Shown: in pieces, positions 1 to 8,870 of the stretch | How the letters are laid out: each line of letters opens with the position of its first letter | Position numbering within the stretch: position 1 is the first letter of the stretch | From: a virus | Taxonomy: Duplodnaviria > Caudoviricetes | Reading direction: 5' to 3' (one strand) | DNA length: 31,235 nt | Virus record (IMG/VR): IMGVR_UViG_3300025528_000251 | Location: 1-31,235 of that record | Position numbers and translations under genes: made by a program | Notes under the pieces: model-generated | What the model saw: the letters and a program-made list of their open reading frames with translations, nothing else | Told to the model about the DNA's origin: nothing | Database searches by the model: none

Positions 1-21
1 AAAAGCGCGCCGAAGCACGCT
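1..21 (-). terminator. Intrinsic terminator downstream of the host tRNA-Val 3' end
   Basis: Minus strand reads AGCGTGC-TTCG-GCGCGCT-TTT (7-bp stem with one G-U pair, UUCG loop); the U tract runs off the window edge; about 30 nt after the tRNA CCA. Confidence 0.7.
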
Positions 22-53
22 TGGGTATGCTTAGCGATTTCAGGGGGTTGAAA

Positions 54-102
54 TGGTGGGCGTGGCAAGGATTGAACTTGCGACCCCTGCGATGTCAACG
101 CA
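54..102 (-). pseudogene. 3' fragment (49 nt) of tRNA-Val(GAC), the att core duplication at the left prophage boundary
   Basis: Minus strand TGCGTT-GAC-ATCGCA GGGGTC GCAAG-TTCAATC-CTTGC CACGCCC ACCA: anticodon arm, T arm, 3' acceptor strand and CCA. No D arm or 5' acceptor strand continues beyond 102. Confidence 0.9.
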
Positions 103-114
103 TCGAGACAGGTG

Positions 115-127
115 TAACCCATTGATT
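115..127 (-). promoter_or_regulatory. IHF binding site in the att arm
   Basis: Minus strand AATCAA-TGGG-TTA, an exact match to WATCAANNNNTTR, 13 bp from the att core. Confidence 0.75.
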
Positions 128-156
128 TCATTAAAACTGATACAGTCGATTTACTA

Positions 157-171
157 GAACAAACCGAGAAC
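157..171. promoter_or_regulatory. Alphaproteobacterial LexA (SOS) box
   Basis: GAAC-AAACCGA-GAAC = GAAC-N7-GAAC, with both halves extended as AGAACAA. Confidence 0.7.
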
Positions 172-181
172 AAGCGGGCTT

Positions 182-213
182 TTCGGGTGAATTTCACCCG
201 AACCTCACCCAAA
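182..213. repeat. Probable integrase arm-type sites (inverted plus direct repeat)
   Basis: TTCGGGTGAA-T-TTCACCCGAA is a perfect 10-bp inverted repeat (182-202), followed by a third copy CTCACCCAAA (204-213). Confidence 0.55.
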
Positions 214-672
214 CACTTCCACCGCGTTAACTATGCACGGAACCGGACGTCTTCAGACCGACATGCAGCAGCCATCAGCCTCGACAGTTAACTGGCACCG
301 GATCGAGGCTACATAAAATTTCAACATCTGCATGTGGTTTACAAAATTTCGCTAACTTACATACCTGTTCGGAACGGACTAGAGCCCTCTACGGGCGATT
401 GCCGCCCGCTTACCTGGACAACCCTATAGCTAACAAAGCGACACTCAGCAGACAGGTGCGCTCACTTGGCCCACGTCACTGGCGGAAGATAGGCTAGCAG
501 CAAGGTAGTTGGCGGATCCCTGCGGATATGATTCAGCCAGAACGAGCTAAGGGAAGGCCCGAATTGACACGAAATTGGCCCACAGCTATCATTAGAAACG
601 GCTATATGCAGAATTTTTGCAAAAAACGCCCTATAACACACATAGAAAACAAATTTAACCGAGGGTGCCAGC

Positions 673-2001
673 ATGCTTCTAAGTTTCAGCGCGACGAATT
701 TCAGGTCAATTCGGGAAACACAGACGCTGTCCATGGTCGGCACCAAGTTGGCCGGACCCCATGCGCCCATCAATGTCAGCGTGCCTGGCGCTGATAATGG
801 CGTGCTGCCTTGCGCCCTTATTTATGGGGCAAATGCATCAGGAAAATCCAATCTCCTAAGTGCATTTGTTGCAATGAGGAACTTGGTTTTCGATTCGCAT
901 CGCAACGCATCTAGGTCCGCAAAGATCTCAAGAACCCCATTTTTGCTTGATGATGAATGGGAAATTACGCCAACAACGTTTGAGATTTCCTTTCTGCAGA
1001 ACGGAATACGATATGACTTTGGATTTACATATACCGACGAAGAGTTTTTAGAAGAATGGCTCTACAGCTATCCTGAGGGACGTCGACGCAAACTTTACGA
1101 ACGCTCAAAGGATCACGTATCTTTTGGGCCGGGAATGAAAGGACCCAAAAAACTTCTCCTTGACTTCCTGAAACCAAACGCCCTTTTCATTTCAATAGCA
1201 ACACAAAACAATCACCACGACCTTAGTCAAGTTCCAATTTTTTTCGGAAATGTTTTTGCGACAAACAACATATCTGTCGCGAAATCATTGATTAATGCCA
1301 CATTTCGCGAAGACCAGATCGATAATAGGACTATCAAATTTTTAGAGATGATAGGAACTGGCGTCTGCAAACATAAGAAAACTGCCGTAGAAGTACCAGA
1401 AAACATCAAAAGTATAATGAAAGATGTTTTCCAGTTAGTCAAGAAACATGGTCAATTTGACCCGGATACTGAAATACCCCAACCTGATGAGAAAGAATAT
1501 CAAATTGAACTAGCCCATAAGAATTCTTCTGGCGGAGAAACATTTTTCGGAACTGAACTAGAGAGCTCCGGAACACGGCGCCTATTGGTCATTATGAACA
1601 ATGTATTTAAAGCATTGGATGACGGTGATCTTGCAATTATTGACGAGCTAGACGCCAGCCTCCACACGTTCGCCGTGGAAGCTATTATCAGCCTATTCAC
1701 CAATTCAGAGATAAATCGGAAGGGCGCCCAGCTTATAGCCACAACTCACAACACCAATCTTCTCAATCCCGAAATTCTACGCCGGGATGAAATTTGGTTT
1801 GTCGAAAAATCTTACCTTGGCTCGTCAGAGTATTTTTCTCTAGCGGAGATCAAAACACGCAAGAACGAGAGTTTTGAAAATATTTATCTACAGGGCCGAT
1901 ACGGAGCTGTTCCGCCATCTATCGACCCCTTCTCCTTAGAATTCGGAAAGTCCGAAAAAAGAGAGGAGAACGCGCTTCCTGATAATGCTGGGGGAGAGTA
2001 A
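673..2001 (+). CDS. rloA: RloA / AbiLi-like ABC-type (AAA_21) ATPase
   Basis: N-terminal NFRSI, Walker A YGANASGKSN, signature ESSGTRR, Walker B IIDELDASLH, QLIATTHN, C-terminal YLQGRYGAVP; AT-rich relative to the phage. Confidence 0.9.
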   Translation: MLLSFSATNFRSIRETQTLSMVGTKLAGPHAPINVSVPGADNGVLPCALIYGANASGKSNLLSAFVAMRNLVFDSHRNASRSAKISRTPFLLDDEWEITPTTFEISFLQNGIRYDFGFTYTDEEFLEEWLYSYPEGRRRKLYERSKDHVSFGPGMKGPKKLLLDFLKPNALFISIATQNNHHDLSQVPIFFGNVFATNNISVAKSLINATFREDQIDNRTIKFLEMIGTGVCKHKKTAVEVPENIKSIMKDVFQLVKKHGQFDPDTEIPQPDEKEYQIELAHKNSSGGETFFGTELESSGTRRLLVIMNNVFKALDDGDLAIIDELDASLHTFAVEAIISLFTNSEINRKGAQLIATTHNTNLLNPEILRRDEIWFVEKSYLGSSEYFSLAEIKTRKNESFENIYLQGRYGAVPPSIDPFSLEFGKSEKREENALPDNAGGE

Positions 2002-2004
2002 TCC

Positions 2005-2616
2005 ATGCGCCCCCAACGCAGCCTTAACCGCAAAACCAACATAAAAGATAAAAGACGCAAAATCTATATATTCACAGAAGGAGTGAATTCCGAAAAATCC
2101 TACATTGAACATTACGAACGGGTTGTAAAATCACAGGTCATAAAAATCATAACGTCCAAACGACATGGCACACCGCGGACGTTATTGAATCATGCTATCC
2201 AAATGAAGAAAGCCATTTCGTCGAAAGCGTATAAGCGCGACAATGGCGATGCGGATGAAATTTGGATTGTTTTCGACCGAGATGAACACCCTTATGTCAC
2301 TGAGACAATTAATGCATGTCGCTCATCTGGGATAAATTATGCATATTCAAATCCATGCTTTGAATTATGGCTAATTTTACATTTTCAAGATTTTGACAAG
2401 CATGAGCATCGCCATGCCCTACAAGGGTTATGCGAGAAGGTATGCCCTGGTTACAATAAAAACTCGCGCAAAATGCCTGAATTAGACAGCTTGTTTCCAA
2501 ATGTCCTTGACGCTGAACAACGAGCTGAAGCTATGGAAAAGCGGCGACAAAGAGATGGCAGCGAGGCACCTATTACGACTATGTATAGACTGACTCGGGC
2601 AATGAGAGCAATTTAA
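2005..2616 (+). CDS. rloB: RloB-family TOPRIM-like protein (AbiLii-like)
   Basis: IFTEGxxSExxY, WIVFDRDEH and SNPCFELWLILHF motifs; starts 3 nt after the ATPase stop. Confidence 0.9.
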   Translation: MRPQRSLNRKTNIKDKRRKIYIFTEGVNSEKSYIEHYERVVKSQVIKIITSKRHGTPRTLLNHAIQMKKAISSKAYKRDNGDADEIWIVFDRDEHPYVTETINACRSSGINYAYSNPCFELWLILHFQDFDKHEHRHALQGLCEKVCPGYNKNSRKMPELDSLFPNVLDAEQRAEAMEKRRQRDGSEAPITTMYRLTRAMRAI

Positions 2617-2940
2617 ATTACTACTTGTTTGCAGCTCTTCTGGTAAGCGCCCTTTTGATAAGGGGCAGCCTTCTGTTGCCCGTGGGAAAGGCTTATATTT
2701 CCTTTGGATTTTGATCCATTTAGCTAAGGGTGCATAGAAATTTTCGTTTTTTTTTCACTGTCACGACATCAGACATTCTTGTTGCTCCGCCATCGATTAA
2801 GCAGGTTCTGCTTATATAGTGCTACGGCTACATCGAAACGCATCACTAAATTCTGCCGTACGGCTTGCACATGAGCCACATACCGCCTTGCTTTTCGTGA
2901 TTAACGCCCACCGCATCAAAACCCACACATAAAGTCCGCG

Positions 2941-2961
2941 GGCGAGGCGGGGGGAAAAGCG
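2941..2961 (+). other. P2-type cohesive end (cos) site
   Basis: GGCGAGGCGGGGGGAAAAGCG resembles P2 cos GGCGAGGCGGGGAAAGCAC and lies just downstream of the portal gene, as in P2; exact cut positions uncertain. Confidence 0.75.
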
Positions 2962-3095
2962 CGCGCGGCGGGTCTATCGTGGTTAACGACCGGCCAGACC
3001 CCGCAGAGCTCCCGGATTTCTGCGCCCCGGCGCCACCGCAAACCGCCAGCAAGGAGCGAAAACGCCCTGGCACGACGAGCAATAATCTTGCGCAC

Positions 3096-3120
3096 AAAAA
3101 AAGCCGCCCCGAAGGGCGGC
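3096..3120 (-). terminator. Intrinsic terminator of the P-Q operon
   Basis: Minus strand GCCGCCC-TTCG-GGGCGGC-TTTTTTT, about 27 nt after the portal stop. Confidence 0.9.
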
Positions 3121-3147
3121 GCACAACGTAAGGGAGGGTGCTACAGG

Positions 3148-4134
3148 TCAAGCAGCGGGCATAGGCCGCTCCTTCCAGCGCACGGCCTCCATGCCCAGCC
3201 AGTCGTTGAGGGTCTCAAACTCGCGCTTGAGCGGTTCGATCTCCAGCTCATAGAAGGCGTCGACCGCCTCGGTAACCTTGCCGAAGCCGCCGGCGTTGGT
3301 CGGCACAATGCCGAGCAGCTGGGGCGGCACGCGGTGCGCGGCCAGCACATCATCGCGGGTGGTGTTCTTGATGCCCAGGAACTCGTCCTTGGCCGCGACT
3401 TCGGCGACTGGAATCAGCTTGATGCCGTTCTCCTTCCCTGCCGGGGCGTGCACGAACAGGTTGCGGAAGTTGCCCGGCCCTTTGGCGCGCTTCAGCTGCT
3501 CGCGCAGGGCATCGATGTCACCATCCGCAAACTCCCCTGTCGCATAGAGGATGAACCCGGCGTGGCTGCCGTTGAGGTAGTATTTGCGCCGGAACAGGGT
3601 CGCCGACTCGTTGAGCAAGGCCGACTGCAGGGTACTGAGGTACTCTGGCAGGCCATAGACCTCCTGATTGATCTCGGCCTGACGCAACTGGAAGACGCTC
3701 CCCTTCCCCAGTTCGACCGGCTCCGCACCGGGCTGCAAGAAGAACCACTGTCCGTCCTCAAGGCCCCGGCGCGTGTACTTGCCCATCAGGTGCACCAGGC
3801 GCAGCGGCTCGCCCAAGCGGTTCTGGCGCCGCTCGAGGTAGCCGTTGCCGAAGATCAGGTAGTCCTGCACCCAGGCCTTGAAGGAGGCGCGATCGAGCAG
3901 CCTGGTCGGCTCGAAGCTGCCCACCAGCAGATTGCGCTTGAGATGAATGGCGCTGGCATGATGCGGCGAGGCATGGAAAGCGCGCGCCAGCCCGTCCAGC
4001 GACAGGGGCGGCTCGTACCATCGCCCGTTATTCAGCGCCTGCAAGTGGTCGATCAGCATGCGCCGGTCGAGCACGGGCTCGGGATCGCCGAAGGTGAATG
4101 CCTCGATGGCTGTGGACTGGCTCTCGGTGGTCAT
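3148..4134 (-). CDS. Q: Portal protein (P2 gpQ / PBSX family)
   Basis: AFTFGDPEPVLD, WYEPPLSLDGLA, YGLPEYLS, GPGNFRNLF, AAHRVPPQLLG. True start is ATG 4134, overlapping the P stop (TGATG), not 4434. Confidence 0.95.
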   Translation of the reverse strand: MTTESQSTAIEAFTFGDPEPVLDRRMLIDHLQALNNGRWYEPPLSLDGLARAFHASPHHASAIHLKRNLLVGSFEPTRLLDRASFKAWVQDYLIFGNGYLERRQNRLGEPLRLVHLMGKYTRRGLEDGQWFFLQPGAEPVELGKGSVFQLRQAEINQEVYGLPEYLSTLQSALLNESATLFRRKYYLNGSHAGFILYATGEFADGDIDALREQLKRAKGPGNFRNLFVHAPAGKENGIKLIPVAEVAAKDEFLGIKNTTRDDVLAAHRVPPQLLGIVPTNAGGFGKVTEAVDAFYELEIEPLKREFETLNDWLGMEAVRWKERPMPAA

Positions 4135-5927
4135 CAGAAGATCTCCATGCGGCCGGTGGCCTTGGGTTTGCCGTCGAGCGGCTCGTTCATGAGGATGTGC
4201 ATGGTCGCCCACGCGATGTCGGCATGGCTGGTCTCGTTGCCGCGCCCGGCCTTGAAGGTGACGTTGCGACCCGAGGCGGTCAGGGTCTTCTTGATGGAGA
4301 CGAAGGAGCCGATCAGGTCGACCCAACCAGAATCGAAGGCGATGCGCCCCCGGCTGATCACGTTCTGCGCCTTCATGATCATCTGCGCCTTGACCTCGAG
4401 CGAGTAGTCGATGCGCACGGCGCGCGGACACCACTTGCTCACCAGCTGAAAGACGGCCGCGCCGACGCCGGTGGCATCAATGCCGAGGTAGGTGCAGTTG
4501 TAGCGGCTGAGCGTCGCCCGGATGAACGCGTCCTGCTGCTCGAAGTCGAGCCCCCGGAGCTGATGGCGCTCAAGCAGACGGAAGGTGCCGCCGGGCTCGA
4601 GAGGCGGCGCGGCGATGACGAGCGCAGCATTGTCGCCGTCGATGCTTTCTTGCGGATCGTACCCGGCCCAGACAGCCCGGTTGCCGAAGGGGCGCGCCGC
4701 GTCCGGGTTGAAGTCGGTCCACTCGACCAGGCTGTCGACTCCGCACTTGACCAGATCGTTGAAGCGGAACGCCGAGAGACTATCGTCGACGAACTCGCAC
4801 ATCAGCAGGTTGGCGAACTCGTCCGGCGCGTATTCCTCGCGCAGCTCGTCGATGTCGAACAGATCGCAGCCGGCCTTCTCCGCGTCCTCGATGGTCACGA
4901 TCTGCCGCCAGACCCGGTCCTCACAGAGCCGGCCATCCTTCAGTGCCGCGTGGCTGACATCGATGTCGACCCGCTCAGCCTTCTTGCGCCGCCGGTTGCG
5001 CCGTTCCCCGGTCCAGTATGGATATGCCTCGTGCGCCACGGTCGACGGCGTCGAGAAGTAGGTCTTGCGCCACTTCTTGTGCATGGCCATGCCTGAGGCG
5101 ACCTTGTTCAGCTCCTCAAAGCCATGCACCCAGAAGAACTCGTCGAAGTAGAAGTTGCCGTGGCGGCCCTGGGCGGTGCGGTAGTTGGTGCCGAGGAAGT
5201 GCAGTTCGGCCGCAGGCTGGTCCTCGCCCACCAGCTCGGAGGTGATGAGCATGGGGTCTCCGGTCAGATCCACGCCGACCAGCTTGGCAAACGACACGAT
5301 GTAGCTGCGGAACTGCAGCGCCTGGGCGCGTGAGGCCGAGAGGAAGATCTGATTGCGCCCGGTTTCCACAGCATCCAGCAGGGCTTCGAAGGCGAAATAG
5401 TAGGTCGCGCCAATCTGGCGGGACTTCAGGATCATGCGGGTTCGCATGTTCGAGCTGTCCCGCCACGTCTCCTGGTAGCCGAACAGCTGGCTCTCGAAGA
5501 TTTCCCGGAGCTTCGCCGCCTGCTCGGCAGTGAAGTGGTTGCGCTTGGGTTTCTTCCGCGCCCCCTTGTTGCGGTTGGCCACCTTCTCGTTGAGGTCGCC
5601 CTCGTGGCCGCCCGGCGCTTCGTAGCGGCGGATTCGGGCAAGCTGGGCCAGCTGGCGCCCTAACAGGTCGATCTCCTTGAAGTCCGCCCCGGTCTTTTTG
5701 TCCTTCAGCACCAGCGCCTGGAACCGGACCTCGAGACAGTCCTCGAGCTTTCGGATGGAGGGCGCGTCATCCCACTTGTCGCGCTGCTTCCAGCTTTCGA
5801 CGGTCGGACGCTTCAGCTGCAGTTCGTCAGCAATCTGCGTCACCGACCAGCCGCGCCAGTAGAGGCTGCGCGCCATGCGGCGCGCATCGAATGGCGTTGT
5901 CGACAGGTGGGTGATCGGGACGGTCAT
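4134..5927 (-). CDS. P: Terminase ATPase subunit (P2 gpP)
   Basis: N-terminal HTH (LYWRGW...VESWKQRDKWD), LKSRQIGATYYFA, YFDEFFW, HADIAWA; alternative start 5936. Confidence 0.95.
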   Translation of the reverse strand: MTVPITHLSTTPFDARRMARSLYWRGWSVTQIADELQLKRPTVESWKQRDKWDDAPSIRKLEDCLEVRFQALVLKDKKTGADFKEIDLLGRQLAQLARIRRYEAPGGHEGDLNEKVANRNKGARKKPKRNHFTAEQAAKLREIFESQLFGYQETWRDSSNMRTRMILKSRQIGATYYFAFEALLDAVETGRNQIFLSASRAQALQFRSYIVSFAKLVGVDLTGDPMLITSELVGEDQPAAELHFLGTNYRTAQGRHGNFYFDEFFWVHGFEELNKVASGMAMHKKWRKTYFSTPSTVAHEAYPYWTGERRNRRRKKAERVDIDVSHAALKDGRLCEDRVWRQIVTIEDAEKAGCDLFDIDELREEYAPDEFANLLMCEFVDDSLSAFRFNDLVKCGVDSLVEWTDFNPDAARPFGNRAVWAGYDPQESIDGDNAALVIAAPPLEPGGTFRLLERHQLRGLDFEQQDAFIRATLSRYNCTYLGIDATGVGAAVFQLVSKWCPRAVRIDYSLEVKAQMIMKAQNVISRGRIAFDSGWVDLIGSFVSIKKTLTASGRNVTFKAGRGNETSHADIAWATMHILMNEPLDGKPKATGRMEIF

Positions 5928-5972
5928 GCCCGCCATGTTTGCCGACCGGCGCGCGCCGACCGGAGGGGCAGT

Positions 5973-5997
5973 TTATGGAGAGGAGGCCTCTCCATAA
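5973..5997. promoter_or_regulatory. Late-promoter palindrome between the divergent P and O genes (probable Ogr site)
   Basis: TTATGGAGAGG-AGG-CCTCTCCATAA, a perfect 11-bp inverted repeat; same core at 12465 and 17183. Confidence 0.8.
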
Positions 5998-6086
5998 CCG
6001 CAATCTTGAGCAGAGCGCCGCTTCTGCGGCCTGCTTCAGGCGCACCACACGCCCGCATCATCACAACGAAGAGGCTGCCCTCCCCT

Positions 6087-6944
6087 ATGGCCAAGACCCG
6101 CAAGACCCGTTGGACCCGGATTGCTGTTGAAGGCGCAACCACCGATGGTCGCGTCATCGAGCGCGACTGGATCGAGCAGATGGCCGCGACCTACAACCCG
6201 GCCACCTACACCGCCCGCGTCAACGTTGAGCACATCAAAGGCTTCAGCCCTGAACCGCCGTTCAATGCCTATGGCTCCGTCCTCGGCCTCAAGACCGAAG
6301 AGATCGAGCTGACCATAGGCGGCAAGGCGCAGAAGCGGTTGGCGCTTCTGGCTCAGATCGAGGCCAATGAGCAGATGATTGCCCTGGTCGAAAAGGGGCA
6401 GAAGCTCTTCACCAGCATCGAGGTCACCACCAACTTCGCCGGCACGGGCAAGGCGGGCCTTGTCGGCCTCGCACTGACGGATAACCCGGCCAGCCTCGGC
6501 ACCGAAGTGCTCCGCTTCTCCGCCTTCAAGCCGGTATGGGATGCCCGCAAGGCCAACCCCGCCAATCTGTTCAGTGCGGCCGAAGAGACGGCGTTCGCTT
6601 TTGAAGAGGAAACCTCGTCCCCCGACCTTGCCGCTGGCATCCGGGCTTTCTTCACCTCCCTGTTCGCTGATCTGGGCGCGAAACCGCACTCGCAGGAGAC
6701 CCCGACACAGCCCGCGACGCCGGTCCAGCCGCCGGCGAACGACAACATGGCCGCGATTGCCGAGCGTATGTCCGCCAGCTTCGGCTCCATCATCGAGCAG
6801 GCACTGGCAGGGCCGAAGCAGGAGATCGCCTCCCTGCGGGCTGACCTCACCAAGCTGACCCAGCAGCTGGCGCAAACCGAGGCTGCGGTCCCGCACCGCC
6901 GTCTGGCAACGGGCGGCACCGGCGGCGCCGTCACCGACTGCTGA
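6087..6944 (+). CDS. O: Capsid scaffolding protein/protease (P2 gpO)
   Basis: RIAVEGATTDGRVI, NVEHI, TSIEV, GLALTDNPASLGTE; start set at ATG 6087. Confidence 0.93.
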   Translation: MAKTRKTRWTRIAVEGATTDGRVIERDWIEQMAATYNPATYTARVNVEHIKGFSPEPPFNAYGSVLGLKTEEIELTIGGKAQKRLALLAQIEANEQMIALVEKGQKLFTSIEVTTNFAGTGKAGLVGLALTDNPASLGTEVLRFSAFKPVWDARKANPANLFSAAEETAFAFEEETSSPDLAAGIRAFFTSLFADLGAKPHSQETPTQPATPVQPPANDNMAAIAERMSASFGSIIEQALAGPKQEIASLRADLTKLTQQLAQTEAAVPHRRLATGGTGGAVTDC

Positions 6945-6983
6945 CCCTGATCCCTTCTGAACTCCCCCCACCCGGAGGCCCCA

Positions 6984-7997
6984 ATGCAGAACGATACCCG
7001 AATCGCGTACGACCAGTACGTCAACCAGATCGCCGCCCTGAGCGGCGTCCCCGATGCCTCTCGAAAATTCAACGTCGCCCCGAGCGTCCAGCAGAAGCTG
7101 GAAACCCGCATGCAGGAGTCGAGCGACTTCCTGAGCCGCATCAACATCGTCGGCGTCGAGGAAATGAAAGGGGAGAAAGTTGGTCTCGGCGTTTCCAGCC
7201 CCATCGCCAGCCGCACCAACACGGCAACCGGCGATCGTGAGACGACCGACCCTAGCAGCCTGACGCCTGCCAGCTACGAGTGCGTCCAGACCAACTTCGA
7301 CACCCACATCAGCTACGCCAAGCTTGATGCCTGGGCCAAGTTTCCTGACTTCCAGACCCGGGTGCGCGACGCCATCATTCGCCGCCAGGCCCTCGACAGG
7401 ATCATGATCGGTTGGAACGGAACCTCCGCCGCAGCGCAGACCAACCGCGCGAACAACCCGCTGCTGGAAGACGTGAACATCGGCTGGCTCCAGAAGCTCC
7501 GTACGGATGCACCGGAGCGGGTGATGAACAGCGGCGCGACGGACGGCAAGATCACGATCGGCGCCGCCGGCGACTACAAGAGCCTCGACGCCCTGGTCTA
7601 CGACCTGCGCTATTCGCTGCTGGCGTCGTGGGCCCGCAACGACACCGAGCTGGTCGCCATCGTTGGTGACAGGCTGCTGCACGACAAGTACTTCCCGCTC
7701 GTCAACGCCGACCATGCGCCGACCGAGCAGCTGGCACGCGACATCATCATGAGCACCAAGCGTCTGGGCGGCCTCCCCGCCGTGCAGGTGCCCTTCTTCA
7801 TCCCCGGCGGCGTGCTGGTGACCCGTCTCGACAACCTGTCGATCTACTACCAGAACGGCAAGCGCCGCCGCGCCATCATCGACAACCCCAAACGGGACCG
7901 CATCGAGAACTTCGAGTCCTCGAACGACGCCTACGTGGTCGAGGACTACGACTACGCGGCGATGGCCGAGAACATCGAGATCTTGCCCGAGGCATGA
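6984..7997 (+). CDS. N: Major capsid protein (P2 gpN)
   Basis: FNVAPSVQQKLE, LDAWAKFPDFQ, ALDRIMIGWNG, DVNIGWLQK, SNDAYVVEDY; GGAGG RBS. Confidence 0.97.
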   Translation: MQNDTRIAYDQYVNQIAALSGVPDASRKFNVAPSVQQKLETRMQESSDFLSRINIVGVEEMKGEKVGLGVSSPIASRTNTATGDRETTDPSSLTPASYECVQTNFDTHISYAKLDAWAKFPDFQTRVRDAIIRRQALDRIMIGWNGTSAAAQTNRANNPLLEDVNIGWLQKLRTDAPERVMNSGATDGKITIGAAGDYKSLDALVYDLRYSLLASWARNDTELVAIVGDRLLHDKYFPLVNADHAPTEQLARDIIMSTKRLGGLPAVQVPFFIPGGVLVTRLDNLSIYYQNGKRRRAIIDNPKRDRIENFESSNDAYVVEDYDYAAMAENIEILPEA

Positions 7998-8758
7998 GCA
8001 TGACCAGCCCGGCCCGCAAACATCTCGAGCGCGTGCTGGCAAGCCGCCTGATCCACAGCGATCAGGCGGCACCTGGCCCGAGCGCCCTCCCCTCTCCCTC
8101 GCCGGCCGCAGGCATGGCCGTGCAGATGCACATGCGCCTTGCCCTCGACCTGCGCCGGCTGAAGGAGATCAAGTCGGTTCAAGCCAAAGTCGAGGCCAAG
8201 CGCTCGATGCTGCCGGAATATGAGGCATGGATCGAAGGGTGGTTCTCCGCCCTCGAGCAGACCGGCACGGCGCGCGAGGACGAGATCGTCGGGACTATGA
8301 TGGTCTGGAAGATCGACATCGGTGACTATGCCGGCGCGCTTGCACTGGCCGAGCCAATTCTTGCGCACAAGCTGGCCCTGCCTGCCCGATACGCCCGCGA
8401 CGCGGCAACGCTGGTCGCCGAGGAAATCGCGGATGCAGCGCTCACCGCGCTCGGTCGAGGCGAGGCCTTCGACCTCACGGTCCTGCAGAAGACCGAATCC
8501 CTCGTGGCTGACATCGACATGCACGACGAGGTCAAGGCCAAGCTGTTCAAAGCAGTGGGCCTCGAGTTCCTGCGTCAGGCTGAGCAGGAAGCCAACCCTG
8601 ACGAAAAGGCCGTGCTTCAGGCCAATGCGTTGGGTGCCCTGGTCAAGGCTCGCGCCCTAAACGAGCGCGTCGGCGTGAAAAAGGACATCGAGCGGCTGGA
8701 GCGCGCCCTGGCGAAGAGCGCCGACCAGACCGCCCAGGACACCGGCGCAGCCGGTTGA
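7994..8758 (+). CDS. M: Terminase endonuclease subunit (P2 gpM)
   Basis: TSPARKH, MVWKIDIGDY, DMHDEVKAKL, VGVKKDIERLER; ATGA overlap with N. Confidence 0.93.
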   Translation: MSMTSPARKHLERVLASRLIHSDQAAPGPSALPSPSPAAGMAVQMHMRLALDLRRLKEIKSVQAKVEAKRSMLPEYEAWIEGWFSALEQTGTAREDEIVGTMMVWKIDIGDYAGALALAEPILAHKLALPARYARDAATLVAEEIADAALTALGRGEAFDLTVLQKTESLVADIDMHDEVKAKLFKAVGLEFLRQAEQEANPDEKAVLQANALGALVKARALNERVGVKKDIERLERALAKSADQTAQDTGAAG

Positions 8759-8870
8759 CCCGCTCGCCCCCCGGCGCTCGGCGGCGGATCGGTCAGAAAG
8801 CAGGCTTTGCCTTGCCTCTCGCGACCGATCCCCACCGCCGTAAACCGGGCGGGCGGCCAAGGAGAGCCCC

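Noticed and set aside
54-130. Intact tRNA-Val gene
   Set aside because: Similarity stops at the 5' side of the anticodon stem (102); there is no D arm or 5' acceptor strand
462-794. ORFs 462-773 (-) and 528-794 (+)
   Set aside because: They overlap rloA and its upstream region, with no recognisable motif or RBS
2649-2667. Hairpin GCCCTTT...AAGGGGC after rloB as a terminator
   Set aside because: Weak stem with no adjacent U tract; not enough support to call
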